Shown here piece after piece: positions 13,701 through 27,140 of a stretch of 64,000 bases of DNA; within the stretch, counting starts at the first letter, position 1; the number at the start of each line of letters is the position of its first letter. The notes beneath the pieces are model-generated. The model did no database searches, was not told the origin of the DNA, and saw only the letters and a program-made list of their open reading frames with translations. A program made the position numbers and the translations under genes. Origin of the DNA: Vicugna vicugna (lineage: Eukaryota); contig MU058287.1 in NCBI GenBank assembly GCA_013265495.1, positions 310,001 through 374,000 of the forward strand, given 5' to 3'.

Positions 13701-14744
13701 GTAAAAAAGAAGAGCTCAAAGCCCTCATCATTTCTTAAGGGATTCTAAGCCAGAGTGACTCCCAATCTCTTTATTGTCTCGAGAATAATATGTTCATTTC
13801 AGGAAAGTGAAACCATCTGTCCTGTTTCTATTTACCAGAACTAGTCAAGATTTGAGATTTTCAAGTTTTATTGTTCTCTTTGTTCCTTCTCTTTGAAATT
13901 TGCTTTTACATTGGACACATGAATGGGAGCGTGTGCTTTAAGGACTTAAAAAGAACACACCCTTTAAAGGCTAAGTGTGTCTATAATTACTTAGCACCTG
14001 CTTAAATAAAGACAAGAATTGCTCCAAACAAAGAACATTGCTTATTTTGTTGATGATAGGATCCTGGAGAAGGAGGTGGGATTTTGTTGTGGAAAAAAAT
14101 AAGAAGAAGAATGTCCTGAGAGTATCACAAGGAGAAAGTAGGTAAAACTATGGTGGTTACAAACCAAGAATATCCCAAACCAATGACTATATTCTTTGTT
14201 TTTCTTTGATCACATCCGGTCTCAAGTCTTACTACAAATCACATCACGCTGTGGAGTTTGTTGCTCTATCAGTTCCATGTCACACCTGAGAGCCCTGGGA
14301 GAGATCTGTTCTTAACCAGATGTGCCTTGAAGAATAAACTGAGAAAACGGAACATAAGGTGGTTACAGACCTACAAGTCAGGATACAGAAAGTAGATCTG
14401 TGGGTATTCCAAAACAGATGTTCATAGTCAGAAAAACTGCCCAAGCACTTCCCTGGAAAGGACAGCGGGAAGGAAAGAAGCGGAAGGACAATATGGAGAC
14501 ATTGTAAGAAGAGATCAAGAGGAGAGTGGAAATGAAAGCAAAGGGAGAAGATGACAGCATCAACTTGTGTGCAGCAAGCTAGCTCGTGACTCCCAGGGAA
14601 GCTGAATGGATGTGTGTCCGTATGCACGTGCCTGCCTGTGCATGTGCGTCACATGAGGGAAGGAGCTCGGGACTTGAAACCTGGATTCAAAAGACTTGTA
14701 TTTTGTACCCATATTTAGCCTTCACTGGTGACATGACCATAGGT

Positions 14745-15120
14745 ATACGTGTTCGTTTGCTAGCACTGTCAAAATGAAGTTCCACAGACCGGGCGGCTAA
14801 ACCACCAGAAATGTATTTTCTCACACTTCTGGAGGCTAGAAGTCCAAGATCAAAGTGTGACCAGAGTTGGTTTCTTTTGAGACCTTGAGATGACCATCAT
14901 TTTTCTCCCCATGTCTTCATATGGTCATCCCTCCGCACCTGTTTGTGCCCTGATTTTCCTTTTATGAGGACACCAGTCATATTGGACTAGCGCCCACCCT
15001 AATGACCTCATCTTAATTTAATTACCTCATTAAAGGCCCAATCTCCAAATACAGAGGTACTGGGAGGTTGGAACTTCAACATGTGAATGGGGGAGGGGGA
15101 CATAACTCAGCCCATAATAG
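14745..15120 (-). mobile_element. MaLR LTR (MLT1B-like) inserted within a MIR
   Basis: ttctggaggctagaagtccaagatcaa...aggacaccagtcatattgga...gacataactcagcccataa; MIR-like flanks at ~14670-14745 and ~15121-15220. Confidence 0.85.
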
Positions 15121-15376
15121 CACATTACATAACCTTATCATGATCTTTTTTTTTAAAAGAGGATTATAATGAGAAGTAACTCAAAATGCTATTGTAATGA
15201 TGAAATAAAGTAATACATTTTAAAAGTTAAAAGTCCACAGAACATTGTGAATCAACTATATTTCAATTTTTTGTCTACTCTATTTTTTTCACTTTTCCAT
15301 TTTATTAGATAGAATTGTTATAATTAACTGCACATATACAATATACTGCATGACTATACTTCAATTTTTCAAAAAA

Positions 15377-15730
15377 GTTAAATGTCCAACAGGAGGAAAA
15401 TGGCTAATTACATGAGGTTCAAATAACTGAATATTATGCAAAAAATTAGGAAAAAATTTTAATCGCGTAAGAGAATACCTCTTATAGTAAGTATTTTTTA
15501 AAAAAAAGCCTTTTTAATATGTGTGTGAACATATTTAAACATATTTAGTTTGTAACAAAAAATATTTATTGAAGAACAACACACTAAGATGTAAATTTGG
15601 GTGGTGAAATTATTCAGAGATGATCTTTGTTCTTCCTATATTAATCTGCATTTTCTAAGTTATTTACAATGGGCATGCATTTGTTTTATCATTTTTTGCA
15701 TCAGAATAATATTCAACTTTAATTTTAAAA
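15377..15730 (+). mobile_element. Ancient L1ME-like 3' fragment
   Basis: aaatgtccaacaggagg...tgaatattatgca...ttttctaagttatttacaatgggcatgcatttgtttta. Confidence 0.6.
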
Positions 15731-16249
15731 GTCAAGTACACTGTAAGGCTCCAATCTTCCCCATCCTCAACTCCTGCTACACGAATGATGACTTTCAGAT
15801 CTTTTGCCTATGTCTTCTGATATTTATCTCCATATTCCTAACCCAGGTTTAAACCTTTTTTTTTCCCTTGATATTCCCACTTTTTTTCTACTGACTTCTT
15901 AATATGGGCAATGAGGAATTAGACCTCTTATACTTACAACTCCTCATCCTCCAGACATTTTCTCTCTCCTATCATCCTAATATAGTTTTATTAAATTATT
16001 ATTAAATAAATATTCAGTGTTCACATTTTATGACAAATAAAACCTCCTTTCTTAGTCCTAAAAATTTGTTGACACCTGTCATCAATCGTCGTATCCTCTC
16101 CCCAAAGCCAGCTTTTTATATGGAAAAAGGAAAAGCTTGTGTTTTAATTACAACCACTCTTGAAAAAAAAAAAACACGAGGGTGATTTATCATATAATTT
16201 CCTGACCTTTGTAAATATATACATATGATGGTATTAATATACACATCTA

Positions 16250-16470
16250 TGCTTAAATCTCGGCTTTGCCACTTACTAGCTGTGTGGCTTTGGAAAAAAT
16301 ACTTAACTTTTCTGATGCTCAGTTTTTTCCATTCGATAAACAGTAATAACACTACCTATCTCACATGGCTGTAGTTTGAAATGAAAATCATGTGTCTAAA
16401 GTGACAATAATGCATTTAGAATATACTAATGGCTCAAACTAGGTAATCAGTATATAGTTGATATTATTAA
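16250..16470 (+). mobile_element. MIR SINE
   Basis: ggctttgccacttactagctgtgtggctttggaaaaatacttaacttttctgatgctcagtttt. Confidence 0.8.
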
Positions 16471-17960
16471 TGTAAATGTCAGTTCTAAGTTGAAGTTACT
16501 TTGTATAAATATATGTTATAAAAATCTTAAGCTATCATGTTTCAAACTATCTGTTTCAAGTCGATGCAAAAGGAGATCAGAAACCTACTAAAAAAAAATT
16601 GTTTTGCCTATTTCCTGGCAGAGATATGACAGTTAGTCAGAGTGAAACTGGCCGCTTCATTTTAAAGAGTAAGGAATCTGGAGGCATCGACAGCTAGCAC
16701 GGCCCCTAGTACCGTCCAGATGGTCTTACCAGGTTGTAGCAAGTTTCCTGTACATTAGGACATTGAGTTGAATGAGACAACAGCACCCTCAAGCAGACTT
16801 GCAACAAATTCAGCAAACATACCGGCTCCCCTCCGAGTGTGTGGAAAACAGTCTCCTCCCCTCCTGTGGCAAAGGGGAATCTTGACTCCAGAGCTTCGCT
16901 TACCTTCAGCAGACAGGTGAGCTGCCATGAAAGGGCTGTTGTAAAAACACTTTTGAGATGCAGTACCTTAAAGAAACTGAGAGACTTGGTGTTACTTTTT
17001 TTTTTTTTTCCATTTTGGGACAAATGATTCAAAAAGAATCTCTCTTCCCTTAAACCACTGACTTGTGAAAGAAAATGAAGAGTAGACACTGGTGGGGAGA
17101 TGGGAAGAAAGGGTTAGCAGAGGGCAGAGGAGGGGTTCCGTGAGGAAGGGAGGAAGGAAGGAAGAATGAAAGGGAGGGAAGAAGGATAGGGAAATGCTCT
17201 CTCTTGACTCTCAAAGTCTGATCCACCTCCCTCAGGGAGGTCTAAGCCTCCCTCCCACAGACCAGAGCAAGCAAGGAGACGCTACCATACTCCCATTCCA
17301 ACAGAGGTCCAAAACAAATCAATTATATTCAGCAGGAAATTATCCCTTTAGCCCTAACATAATTAATCTTGTCTGTTCCACCAAACACTGCACTCCTTAA
17401 AGGCACAGGACAGAGCTAATTCTCTTTGCATCAACAATACTTAACGCATTCTCACATTCTCTGGCACATAGTAGGCACTCAATAAACAAATATTTTCTTA
17501 TTAAAACATTTAAGGGCTCATATGCTGTTTTTTCCCATGAAATCCATTGTTTATCCTGGACTGGAAAAAATTCATCTTATGTGTTAATAGTAAAATTTTC
17601 TATTTGATCCTCCATAATAAAAAGATGAATTAAAAGCCTATACTCTATAAAGAACTTGGGTCTTCTGCTGATGAATGGATGTCCACTGGATAGAGATGTT
17701 CTTAACTGAGATTGATGCTTTGAAGTGGTGTTGGTAATTCCTACCCTCAGAGAAGCAGCAGAAGTCAGGAATATGGCTATTGTGGAATATCATTCAGGAA
17801 GTCATTGAACTCTTATCCTAAAAAAAATAAAAACATGAAATAAAGTAAAAATCAAGATACTTCACTGATCTCAGAGTTTTGATGATATATAAAGAAAATG
17901 GCATTAAAGCAAAATTTACTTTGGTTTGTTACTCCTGTAAGAAAAGGAGATCCTGAAAGT

Positions 17961-18100
17961 TTGTTTGTTTGTTTTAATTTTTTGGAGGAGGAGGAAGGTA
18001 ATTAGGTTTATTTATTTATTTTTGGAGGAGGTACTGGGGATTGAACCCAGGACCTCATGCATGCTAAATATGTATTCTACCACTTGAACTATATCCTTCC
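17961..18100 (-). mobile_element. tRNA-Ala-derived SINE (vic-1-like, long-tail form)
   Basis: On the reverse strand: tRNA-like head with B-box GTTCAATCC, then an AAATAAATAAACCTAATTACC tail and (AAAC)n. Imperfect TSD cctgaaa(a)gt. Confidence 0.88.
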
Positions 18101-21100
18101 CTGAAAAGTGTTTTTAAATAAGTATTAATTTAGAAAGGTTTGGAAAAGAATTGTTAGAATTGTAATAAAGTTCTCCACTTTTGATTTTCTTCCTATTGGG
18201 ATATTGGTCAACCAAGTAGAGTTCATAACAAAAATCTAAGTGGAAAATTAACCTATACCTGCCTGTAACTCCAGACCTATATTGGTCTTATTTGCACGAG
18301 TGCCTCTAGGGCATTAGGAATAGACGTTAAAGAGGACTTTTAAGGCCAGGATAGTAGAGTAAAATTGCTCATCACCTGTGGGTAGGATGAGGATGTCCCA
18401 GGTAGGGGAGATACTGAAATCACCCTAGAACAGGAGAGAATCAAAAGACATGAGTTTCTGGGGATACCCCGTGAGGTCAGAATGAGTCACATAGTGCCTT
18501 CACTCATCTTCTGGTGCCATCTTGGATAAATTACTCTGAGGTCCTCAAGGGAGTGCTGCCACATGGAAGGTTCAGACAACATACTGGTCACTTGACAAGA
18601 TCTCAGGCTACCATGAGGCAGTGTCAGAGCTGGGCCGAGAAAGCTTGGTTCATGAGTTCAGACATAACCATCCTCTGTCTTCAGAGGTCCTTGTGGAGAC
18701 TAGAGCCAACTATCAAGCACAAGGTAGCAGCAGACAGGGACAGAGACACAAACAGAGGTAGTCTGAGAAGCAACATCCACTGAATGAAGCCACCAAGCAC
18801 CTAGACAGCAGGCAAAATGTAATGACTACCAAGGAGAGTGAGGATCCATCCCATCAAGGGAACGAGAGAGGATAATGGGGAATCAATGCCTCAGTAACTT
18901 TCCTAGGTAAGTACTTAGATGCAAAGGTTAAGGCAAAATAAATGGTCTCATTAGTTGTCTACAATAATCCAAAGTATCTCTAAAGTATCCAAGAAAAATG
19001 AGAGTTACATGTCTATTTATTTAATGACATCTGCTAAGCTTCTCAACACATTATGTGCCAAGCACTGTGCCAGGTGCTGGGTGTAAGACAGTGAAAGAAA
19101 CAAACATGGTTCCTGCCCTCCTTGAGCTTATAGTCTTGGGCTTAAATATCCCTTATTAACAGTGATAATGGTTTTATTGCAGTAGAGAACCCAAATGCTT
19201 CTGCAGTTTTAAGATTCACCCAGTTACAAAGAAGGTAAACAGAAGTTACCATAATGGCCACAGGATATACACTAGAGAATAAACAGAGACCTGTAAGGTG
19301 AATTCACCACCAACCTAAAGATACACTTGCTTTAAGACTAGAGTAACTTGACTTAGAATAAAACGTACTACTACTAAATATAATATTATATTGCTTCTAA
19401 AAGGAACTGGTTTAAGTAGTCGTGTCCTTGTGTAGACTGCAAACAGAAATCCATTCAAACCCCAAACCTAATTGCACTTGGAAAATATTCAAAGCCTCCT
19501 AGAGTTGGAAAGTCATGACCTAGTATGAGGAAAAATCTAGTTTCTTGCTCCTCTGTTGATTTATTTATGCACGTAGCAAATATTGATCCACCATCTGCTA
19601 CGTAACAGGCAGTGCTGTAAGCACTTGAGATACAGCAATGAACTTCTCTACCCTTGGTTTTGTCAGTTCCATGAATTTTAGCACTGTACTTCTCAGAGCA
19701 TAACTCTCTCTCTCTGTCTCTGCTTTGTCTCTCTTTGTTTCTCTGTCTGTCTGCCTGTCTCTCTCTCACACATGCACACACGTCTTCTACAGAGACATTA
19801 ACTCTCCGTGGAGGATTCTGGGGGACAGAAGAAAATGCATTTTTCCAGACGAACAAAACAGACAGGGGACAATTATCAGGATCTAGATTTGGTGTCTCAC
19901 TGACTCCTTTACGTAGATCAACGCTGGGAAAATATTCCCCAGGTAAAGTCTCGGACCCTCACTAAGCTAGTCCTCACTGGGGAACAGAAGTAGATTATTC
20001 AACCAGAAGAACTAAAATATTACTGTAGAAGGGCACCTTGAAGCTATCCTCATTCAATGTCCATGACAAATAGATGAAGACACTAAGGTCTTGTAAGTGG
20101 TTAGGAGGTGAATTGAGACCGGAAGTCAAGTCTTCTTACCTGGAGGGGAACTGCTCCGGCCTGACACACCGTACCTTCTCTCTCCTGAATTCGACACAAA
20201 CAGAAACTAAGTATTGTTGTAAAACCTGTATTAGGAGGAGCACATCTACATGAAAATCCTTGTCCTCGGATACCAATAGCTGTGAGTTCCCTGGGTGGAG
20301 TTCATTTCTCTTTCCCCATCTTCCCAACCCAGTGATTGTAACTGTTTTCCTCTGAAATGCTGCGACGCCTGTGAACATCCACCTGTGGGGACTTAGAATT
20401 CCGAATGAATCCTTGCCGAACAGGAAAGGAGATGGAGGGAACATTAGCTCTTCAGGTGTAGAAATTTTATGGCATTTCCCCCAAGTGTGTAGTATGTGCA
20501 TGGTTGTATTTTATGCAGCTTTTATGAGAGCACTTCATTTCAGTTCTCCTGCTCCTTTTATGGTGGGCGTGCTCCTGTGATTTTTCTGTAACTGAGATTT
20601 TAGTTTTAAATATTAAATTGTGATTATGAGAAAAGGTTCTTTATCCCCAGAGCTGCACTCGTGTATACGTTACCTTCTTTGGACTGATGTGGAAGCAAAT
20701 CCCGCATCAGAGCTTCAGCCCTGGGCCCATAATTTGCAAGCATCAAATGGAGCCTCATATTGCAATGCAAATGAGAGTCCCCAAGGATCTGCAGTATAAC
20801 CTCCCAGTTACAAGGAAGGTAAAGAGGAGAGGAAATTAGCATAGTGGGCCAGAATATACACAAGAGAATGCTCAGAGGCCTGTATGGCAGATTTCACCAC
20901 CGTTCTAAACATAGGCTTGCTGTCCTCTGAAAATGTGCTCTCCTTCTTAGAGAAAGACGTTGTTGGCTCCATTTTGGAGAAACTTGATCAGCTGCTTTCA
21001 TGGTAGTGATGGGTTGGGCTGAATTGTTCATATTCTCTCATCTGAACTGTGAAATGGCCAACCAGGAGTTGGGATGGTTTTAGAAGCTGAACTTCAGTGG

Positions 21101-21991
21101 ATGAATAGGTTGAAATACGCAAAGTGAGAGAGAACAGCATTCTAAGAGGAGGAAAAAGAGTGAACAAAGGTGTAGGACAGGAAGACCAGTCCAAGAAGAA
21201 GCACAGTCCAGTTGGGATGAGACAACCATTTGAGCTGAGACTCCATTACCCGGTGGAGCTTAGAGCCTGGGTCCCTGCACACTTGTGGACAAGTCCATCT
21301 GAGGGAAAAGCCTCTTCTGATACACTAAACATCTCTCCCTGAGCCAGGATTCCAGAAAGCTCTCTTGAGGATTGAAAGAGACTCTTCCATTTTGATTCCT
21401 AGGATCTCTCCAACTGGCAGCAATCACAGTTTCTTCTAGGATAATACCCAATATTGAACATCGGTGGCTCGTCCTCAGATCACTTGGAAATGGGCAAGGA
21501 ATAACCCAATATTTCTTATAAAAATATTTGTTGATTAAATTCTTTACATTCATTTTTTTCAAGCATTCAATAAATAATCATTGAGTACCTACTGAATATG
21601 GAGATAGAAAAATCAGACACAGTCCCTTCAAAGCACAGCCTTTTCTAGGACTGTTGGAGATGACAATCAGACAATTTTAGTGAACTAGGGGAACAGAAAT
21701 TCTGGAGGAATGTGAATGAAATCATGGAAGCCAGAAGAAGAGAACTGACCCCACCTAGGTGGGTATAGGTGTGGAAGTCAGTGATGGGAATGCCCATGCT
21801 GAGCCTTGTGGGTAAACAGGATTTGACCAAGCAAATGGGGGCTGGAGTGAGAAAGGAAGGTGGCTGGAAGGGAAAGGGCATTCCAGGCAGAAGGGACGGC
21901 AGCAAAATAGCAGAGGCAGGAGGAGCATGATGTGGGTGGTGAGCGTCAGACAGACTGGAGTTGCTGGAACATAAAGCATTAAGTCAGGGGT

Positions 21992-22385
21992 AGTGCTTCC
22001 TATGACGCCTGTAACACAATGCCACAGACACAGTGGCTTAAAACAGCATAAATTTGTTCTCTTTATAGCTTTGGAGGTCAGAATTCCAAACTCAGCTTTG
22101 CAGGGCTAATGTCAACATGTTGAGGGAGCTGGTCCCTTCCAGAGGCTCTAGGGGAGACTCTGTTTCCTTGCCTTTTTCACCTTCTGCTGTTGTTTTGCAC
22201 TCCTCGGCTTGTGGCCTCGTCTTCTTTCATCTTCAAAGTGAGTAACTCCACTCTCCGCTTTTGTCATCATATCACATTTTCCTGTGATTCTGCCTTCCCT
22301 CCCTTTCCCACTTCCTCATTGACCTTCTTGCCTGCCTCTCATCAGGACCACTGTAAGTAAGTCAGGTCCACTCAGGTAAGTATTT
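21992..22385 (-). mobile_element. MaLR LTR (MLT1C/D-like)
   Basis: gtggcttaaaacagcataaattt...ggaggtcagaattccaa...agaggctctaggggagactctgtttccttgcctttt. Confidence 0.8.
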
Positions 22386-22399
22386 TTAGATGATCATTG

Positions 22400-22612
22400 T
22401 CTTGTTTTGTTTTTGAAGTGTGGTCAGTTTACAACATTGTGTCAATTTCTGGTGTACAGCATAATAGTTCAGGCACACATGAACATACATATGTATTCCT
22501 CTTCATATTCTTTTTCTTGATAAGTTACTATAAGATATTGAATATAGTTCCCTGTGCTATACAGTAGAACCTTGTTGTTTATCTGTTTTATATATAGCAG
22601 TTAGTGTCTGCA
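22400..22612 (-). mobile_element. Artiodactyl-type L1 3' end
   Basis: cagtttacaacattgtgtcaatttctggtgtacagcat...taagatattgaatatagttccctgtgctatacagtag. Confidence 0.88.
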
Positions 22613-22964
22613 GGAAATGAGCTTTAGGAAGCAAAAGGGAATTCAAAAAAGAGGGTGGTATAAGCCATGTAAGGAGCTTGGCTATAATCCTGTAGTCAGC
22701 GGGGAACCATCGAAGGGTCATAAATAGAAGAGAGACAGCACAGAGAGAGCTAGACTGAAGGAGAAGCAGAGAAACCACTTGGGAGGGAGGCTACTGTGAG
22801 AGTTAATGAGAAACACTGTTTATGCCTAAATGTTAGACAAAGTGCTTTCCCATCCCCACATAATCCTTCAGAAAAGATAAAGGGAACTTACATTTGAATT
22901 TTTTATAAATCCTTATTAGGGAGTTCTTTCAATTAACTTAGTTGGAACAACAAATCAGTACTTG

Positions 22965-23082
22965 ATGATATGATTAATTATCCAAACTGGGACACTTTTG
23001 AGATGGTCCTATTGATAATTACACAGGGACAACATGGTAAACCAGGACTGTCCCTGGCCAACTGGGCATATGGTCACCCTGT
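22965..23082. mobile_element. hAT-Blackjack-like MITE (MER81/MER94-like)
   Basis: tccaaactgggacactttt...ggactgtccctggccaactgggcatatggtcaccctg. Confidence 0.65.
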
Positions 23083-24468
23083 GTTTGGAGAAAGCACACT
23101 GGCCTGTAATGGCTTGAATCAAGGCAGTTTGCAGTGTTAGAGAGGTCTCCTGACTGATTTCAGTCAAAAAAAAAAAAAAAAAGGCAAAATCAATTAATAG
23201 AGCCACAGTCATTTTTCCTGGGATTATGACTTCACAATTACAAGTGTTGCCTGGTGTTATAAACAAGCATTTGAAAGATTACTTTTAAATGAATGTATTA
23301 AATGATTACAGTGAAGATAAAAACACACAGTTGAAAAAAAGAAACCCAGCTCTTTGATGGGTTCTCATGACTTTAGGAAATGTTTCCAGAGGCAGAATCA
23401 CATTTGGATTCTAAAAATGCTTTGTGTCAGACACCACAGAACTGACCATGCTTTGCTCTAGAAAACCTTATTAATTCTACAAGTGGCTTCCGCGACGAAA
23501 GAAACCCTGACGTCAAAACTGCACGTGAGGAGTTTGAGTAAAACAGTTTCATGAAATATGAGTGAGGATCTTCACTTCCAAATTAGTATCTTATATTTTG
23601 TGTTACTTTAAATATGTGTGTGTGGCTAAATTAATAATTTAAATATAAACATTTGACCATCGATTAAATTAGCCCTCCCCCCTAAAAAAAATGGTTGAGT
23701 TTAAAGGAAGAATATCTTCTAACTGAAAAAGCTGGGGGGGCTCTATTCTAAATGCTCATGACTTCTATTTTGACATATGCAGTATTTTGAGAGTAAACCC
23801 TGTAGGATTTGATAGGTAGGATGTTGGGTGACAGAGAAGGACAGTCAGTTGGGTGGGTGGTGGTACCACCACTGGACTAGACAATGGCAGAGACATATGT
23901 TTACAACAGTAAGTTGGGCAAAAGGATACCAAAAATTCACTGTTGGCTGTGTTGAGTGTGAGATGCCCATGGGGGCATACAGAAGGTTTTTGGATGTGGA
24001 ATTGGTTAAGGAAATGGGAAAGTTTATTTGCGCTGGAACCACAGAGGCAAGACAACCACAGAAAACTAGAATAAAAGAGAAGCAGCACAGAGACTGAGCA
24101 TGATGACTGAGGAGAGGCTAGACAACCACAGGGATTTATGGCTGGGGAAGTTAACGAAGACCAGGAATGTGCGGCTCAGTACAACCCCATGGCTTTGGGG
24201 TTTAATAGCACCGGTCTAAAGGGACTCCTGAAGACATGAGCTAAGATTCCACTGTAGTCAAAACTGGTGCAGCCAGCATGGGGCACCCAGTAGGCTGGGT
24301 CAGGGTCAGGGGTCAGTAGGCTGAGGCCAAAAGGGGTCAGAGGCCATATATGTAGGAGTGAGTCCAGCTCAGGCACATGTGACTCTAGGGGGTTTCTTGG
24401 CTCTCAGAATGGAGATATGAAGAAAGAAATGGGAGGCACAAAAAAAGAGAGACAGAAAGTTTAATTAT

Positions 24469-24830
24469 TGTTATAGACAGAATGTTTGTGTCCCCCTAAA
24501 GTTCATATGTTGAAGCTCTAACCCCCAATGTGATAGCATTAGGAGGTGGGGCACCTGGAAGGTGATGAGGTCATGATGGTGGAGCCCCCACAACAGGATT
24601 GGTGCCCTCATAAGAAGACATACGGGAGCCCCCTCTCTTCACCATGTGAGGATACAGCAAGAAGGCAAAGGCGCCCATTTGCAAGCCGGGAAGAGACTCC
24701 TCACCAAGAAAAGAATCTGCCGGCGCCTTGATCTCGGACTTCCCTCCCCCTAGAACTCTGAGAAGTAAATGCTGTCGCTAAGCCACCAAGTCTATGGTGC
24801 TCTGTTATGTCAGCTCAAGCAGACAAAGAC
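24469..24830 (+). mobile_element. MaLR LTR, MLT1A-like
   Basis: TG...CA termini (tgttatagacagaatgtttgtgtccccc...gacaaagaca); 5-bp TSD attat/gttat. Confidence 0.9.
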
Positions 24831-25974
24831 AGTTATGCCTCAGGAATTGTTTGACTAGAGGGGTTGTCATTCTGCCTTTTCGGTGTGTTGGGGCTTCCCG
24901 GTTGCTAAAGAATGGGGACAGGAGCTTGGGGTTACCAGGAGCAGCTCCATCCCATAGTCACACCTCTCCACTGCACCATCTGTGAGACTCAGTGTGATCA
25001 GAGGTGAGTATTGAGACACACACACACACACACACACACACCTCCTCCTACCCAGAGTTAGGGGAGAGCCTACTTCGTGCCCTTGTTGGCTGGTCAGAAC
25101 TATATGAGCTCCAAGACCTGGTTATGGAACTGACCCCCCCTAAGCACTGCCCGGAGGTCACTGACCCTCCAGACAGGCACAAGCCTCTTCTCTTTCCACA
25201 AACATCTGTTCTGTTGGGCCTCCAAGTGGGAGGGTGGGCACTTGGTGGCTGCCTGGCTCATAAAGTGCCCATTATGAGCCGTGGATCGTCTTGCATTCCA
25301 TTAAGCATGTGATTACAGCCAGATGCTGTGGTGATGGCACACACAGCTCCCTGTAATAACCGTAATTATGATCCTGGTGCTTCTTTAGCTCAACGCACTC
25401 TGAACTTCTTCAGTCAGAAGAAATTGGAAAGAATTGCTTATTAGAGGTTTGCAGTCAAATGGAGAAGGAGGACTTTCTTGAAGAAAGGGGGAAATTCCTC
25501 CCTGGCATCTTGGCTTCTGCACAGCCGGCCCTGCAGTCCCGTGGTGTGGTTCTGGAGTCAGAATGAACGCGGCTCTGGCCCCACATGCCTGCTCTGACTT
25601 CTCTTCTCCCCTGCGCTTTGCTCTGCCCCACCCCCACCTCCTGCGGTCCTCCTCAGCTGCTTCTCCTGGCTGGCAGAGGAAAACAGGCACCTGCTGGCCC
25701 ATCAGCTCACATCCCCCCTGCTGTGGGGATTGCTGCGAGGGGCGCCTCCCCGGCTCACTTGGGTGCAGTTCTTGGAATACCCGGGGAGAGGGGGTCGTTC
25801 AAAGCTAAAATTGGCCATTGGCTGCGATGACTAACAGCCACCTGGGCCTGCCTTTCTGGTGGCTCCATCTATTTGCGGAACCCAGAGCTAGGGAGGGTAT
25901 ATTTGTGCTCACAAGAAGTCTTTACTTGTAGGAGCACGTAGAAAAGAGTTGGAAACCCAGTCTGTGAAGAAATA

Positions 25975-26225
25975 TGTTGTCTTCATTTTCTCAGGCCACC
26001 ATGACAAGATACCAGACACTGGGTGGCTTAAACAACAGAAATTTATTGTCTCACAGTTCTGGACATTAGAAGCCCAAGATCAAGGTCTCTGCAGGATTGC
26101 TACCTTCTAAGGGTGGTGAGGGAAGGATCAGCCCCCCGGCCACTTTCTTTGGTTTGTAGATGAATGTCTTCTCCCTGTATTATCTTCATATTATCATCCC
26201 TCAATGCGTGTGTCTTTCTCTTCAC

Positions 26226-26275
<50 letters not shown>

Positions 26276-26442
26276 AATGACACTAGTTAGATTCAATTAG
26301 GGGCTTACCTTACTCCAATGTGACTTCATCTTAACAAATTATATCTGCACCAACACTATCTCCAATAAGGTCGCGTTCTGAGGTCCTGGAGGTCAGAGCA
26401 TCAACATATGGATTTGGCAAAGGACACGGGTCCACCCATAAC
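25975..26442 (-). mobile_element. MaLR LTR (MLT1B/C-like) with an internal (TG)n at ~26229-26271
   Basis: ataccagacactgggtggcttaaacaacagaaatttattgtctcacagttctgga...ataaggtcgcgttctgaggt. Confidence 0.85.
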
Positions 26443-26444
26443 AT

Positions 26445-27140
26445 ATATTGTGAGCCCCCACACGCCGGGCACTGTGCTGAATTCAGGGGATACACTTGAG
26501 CCAGAAAGGCAGTTTCTACTCTCCCAGAGCCTGGTGGGAGTACGGAAAGTAAAGAGGAAAATTACACAATAGATAAAGTGATCAACACTGCAACAGGGCC
26601 CTTGGAGGGGCCCCCAACCCCGCCAAGGAGCTGGGGAAGGCCGCCCTGGGGCAGTGAGTTTGAGGCTGAGGCTGAAGGATGGCAGGAATTCACCGGGGAA
26701 AAGTTCGGGGCAGAGCAAACAGATCTGCCAGGTGGAGGTGACAACAAGAGCTGAGGGTGGAACAGAGGCCCAGAGGGAAGAAGGGCTGGGGCCTGCAGAG
26801 AGGACTGGAAGGAATGCCTCAGGGTTGCAGTATAGCAAGCGAGGTGCGTCCATGGTTAAGGAGACGAGGAAAGGGGGGCAGAGATAATGCTGGAAGGAAA
26901 ATAACACAGGGCCTTGTAAGCTCCCTGAGGATACTTAGGACATAGACCTAAGGGAACTTGGGAGCCACTGAAGAATGCCATTGAGGAAATGACACGATCA
27001 GATTTAACATTTAGAAAAACCCACTGGCTGCGGTCTGGAGAGGTAGGGGAGCAGAAAGGAAGACCACGGCGAGGGACATTTCTGTGGTCAAGGTGAAAGA
27101 TGACCATGGCTTGAACTGGGACAGTGGCAGGAGGTGGCAC
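26445..27140 (-). mobile_element. L2 fragment
   Basis: gccgggcactgtgctg...tttgaggctgaggctgaaggatggcagga...gacacgatcagatttaacatttagaaaaacccactggctgc. Confidence 0.7.

Larger units (their letters stand above)
21550..22800 (-). mobile_element. L2 relic hosting a nested MLT1 LTR and an L1 3' end
   Basis: L2 tail attgagtacctac...gacacagtccc at ~21580; resumes at ~22650 (taagccatgtaaggagcttgg...gggaaccatcgaaggg). Confidence 0.65.

Noticed and set aside
18300..18900. Possible ancient LTR-like segment
   Set aside because: I could not identify termini, a TSD or a family by eye; it needs a Dfam search.
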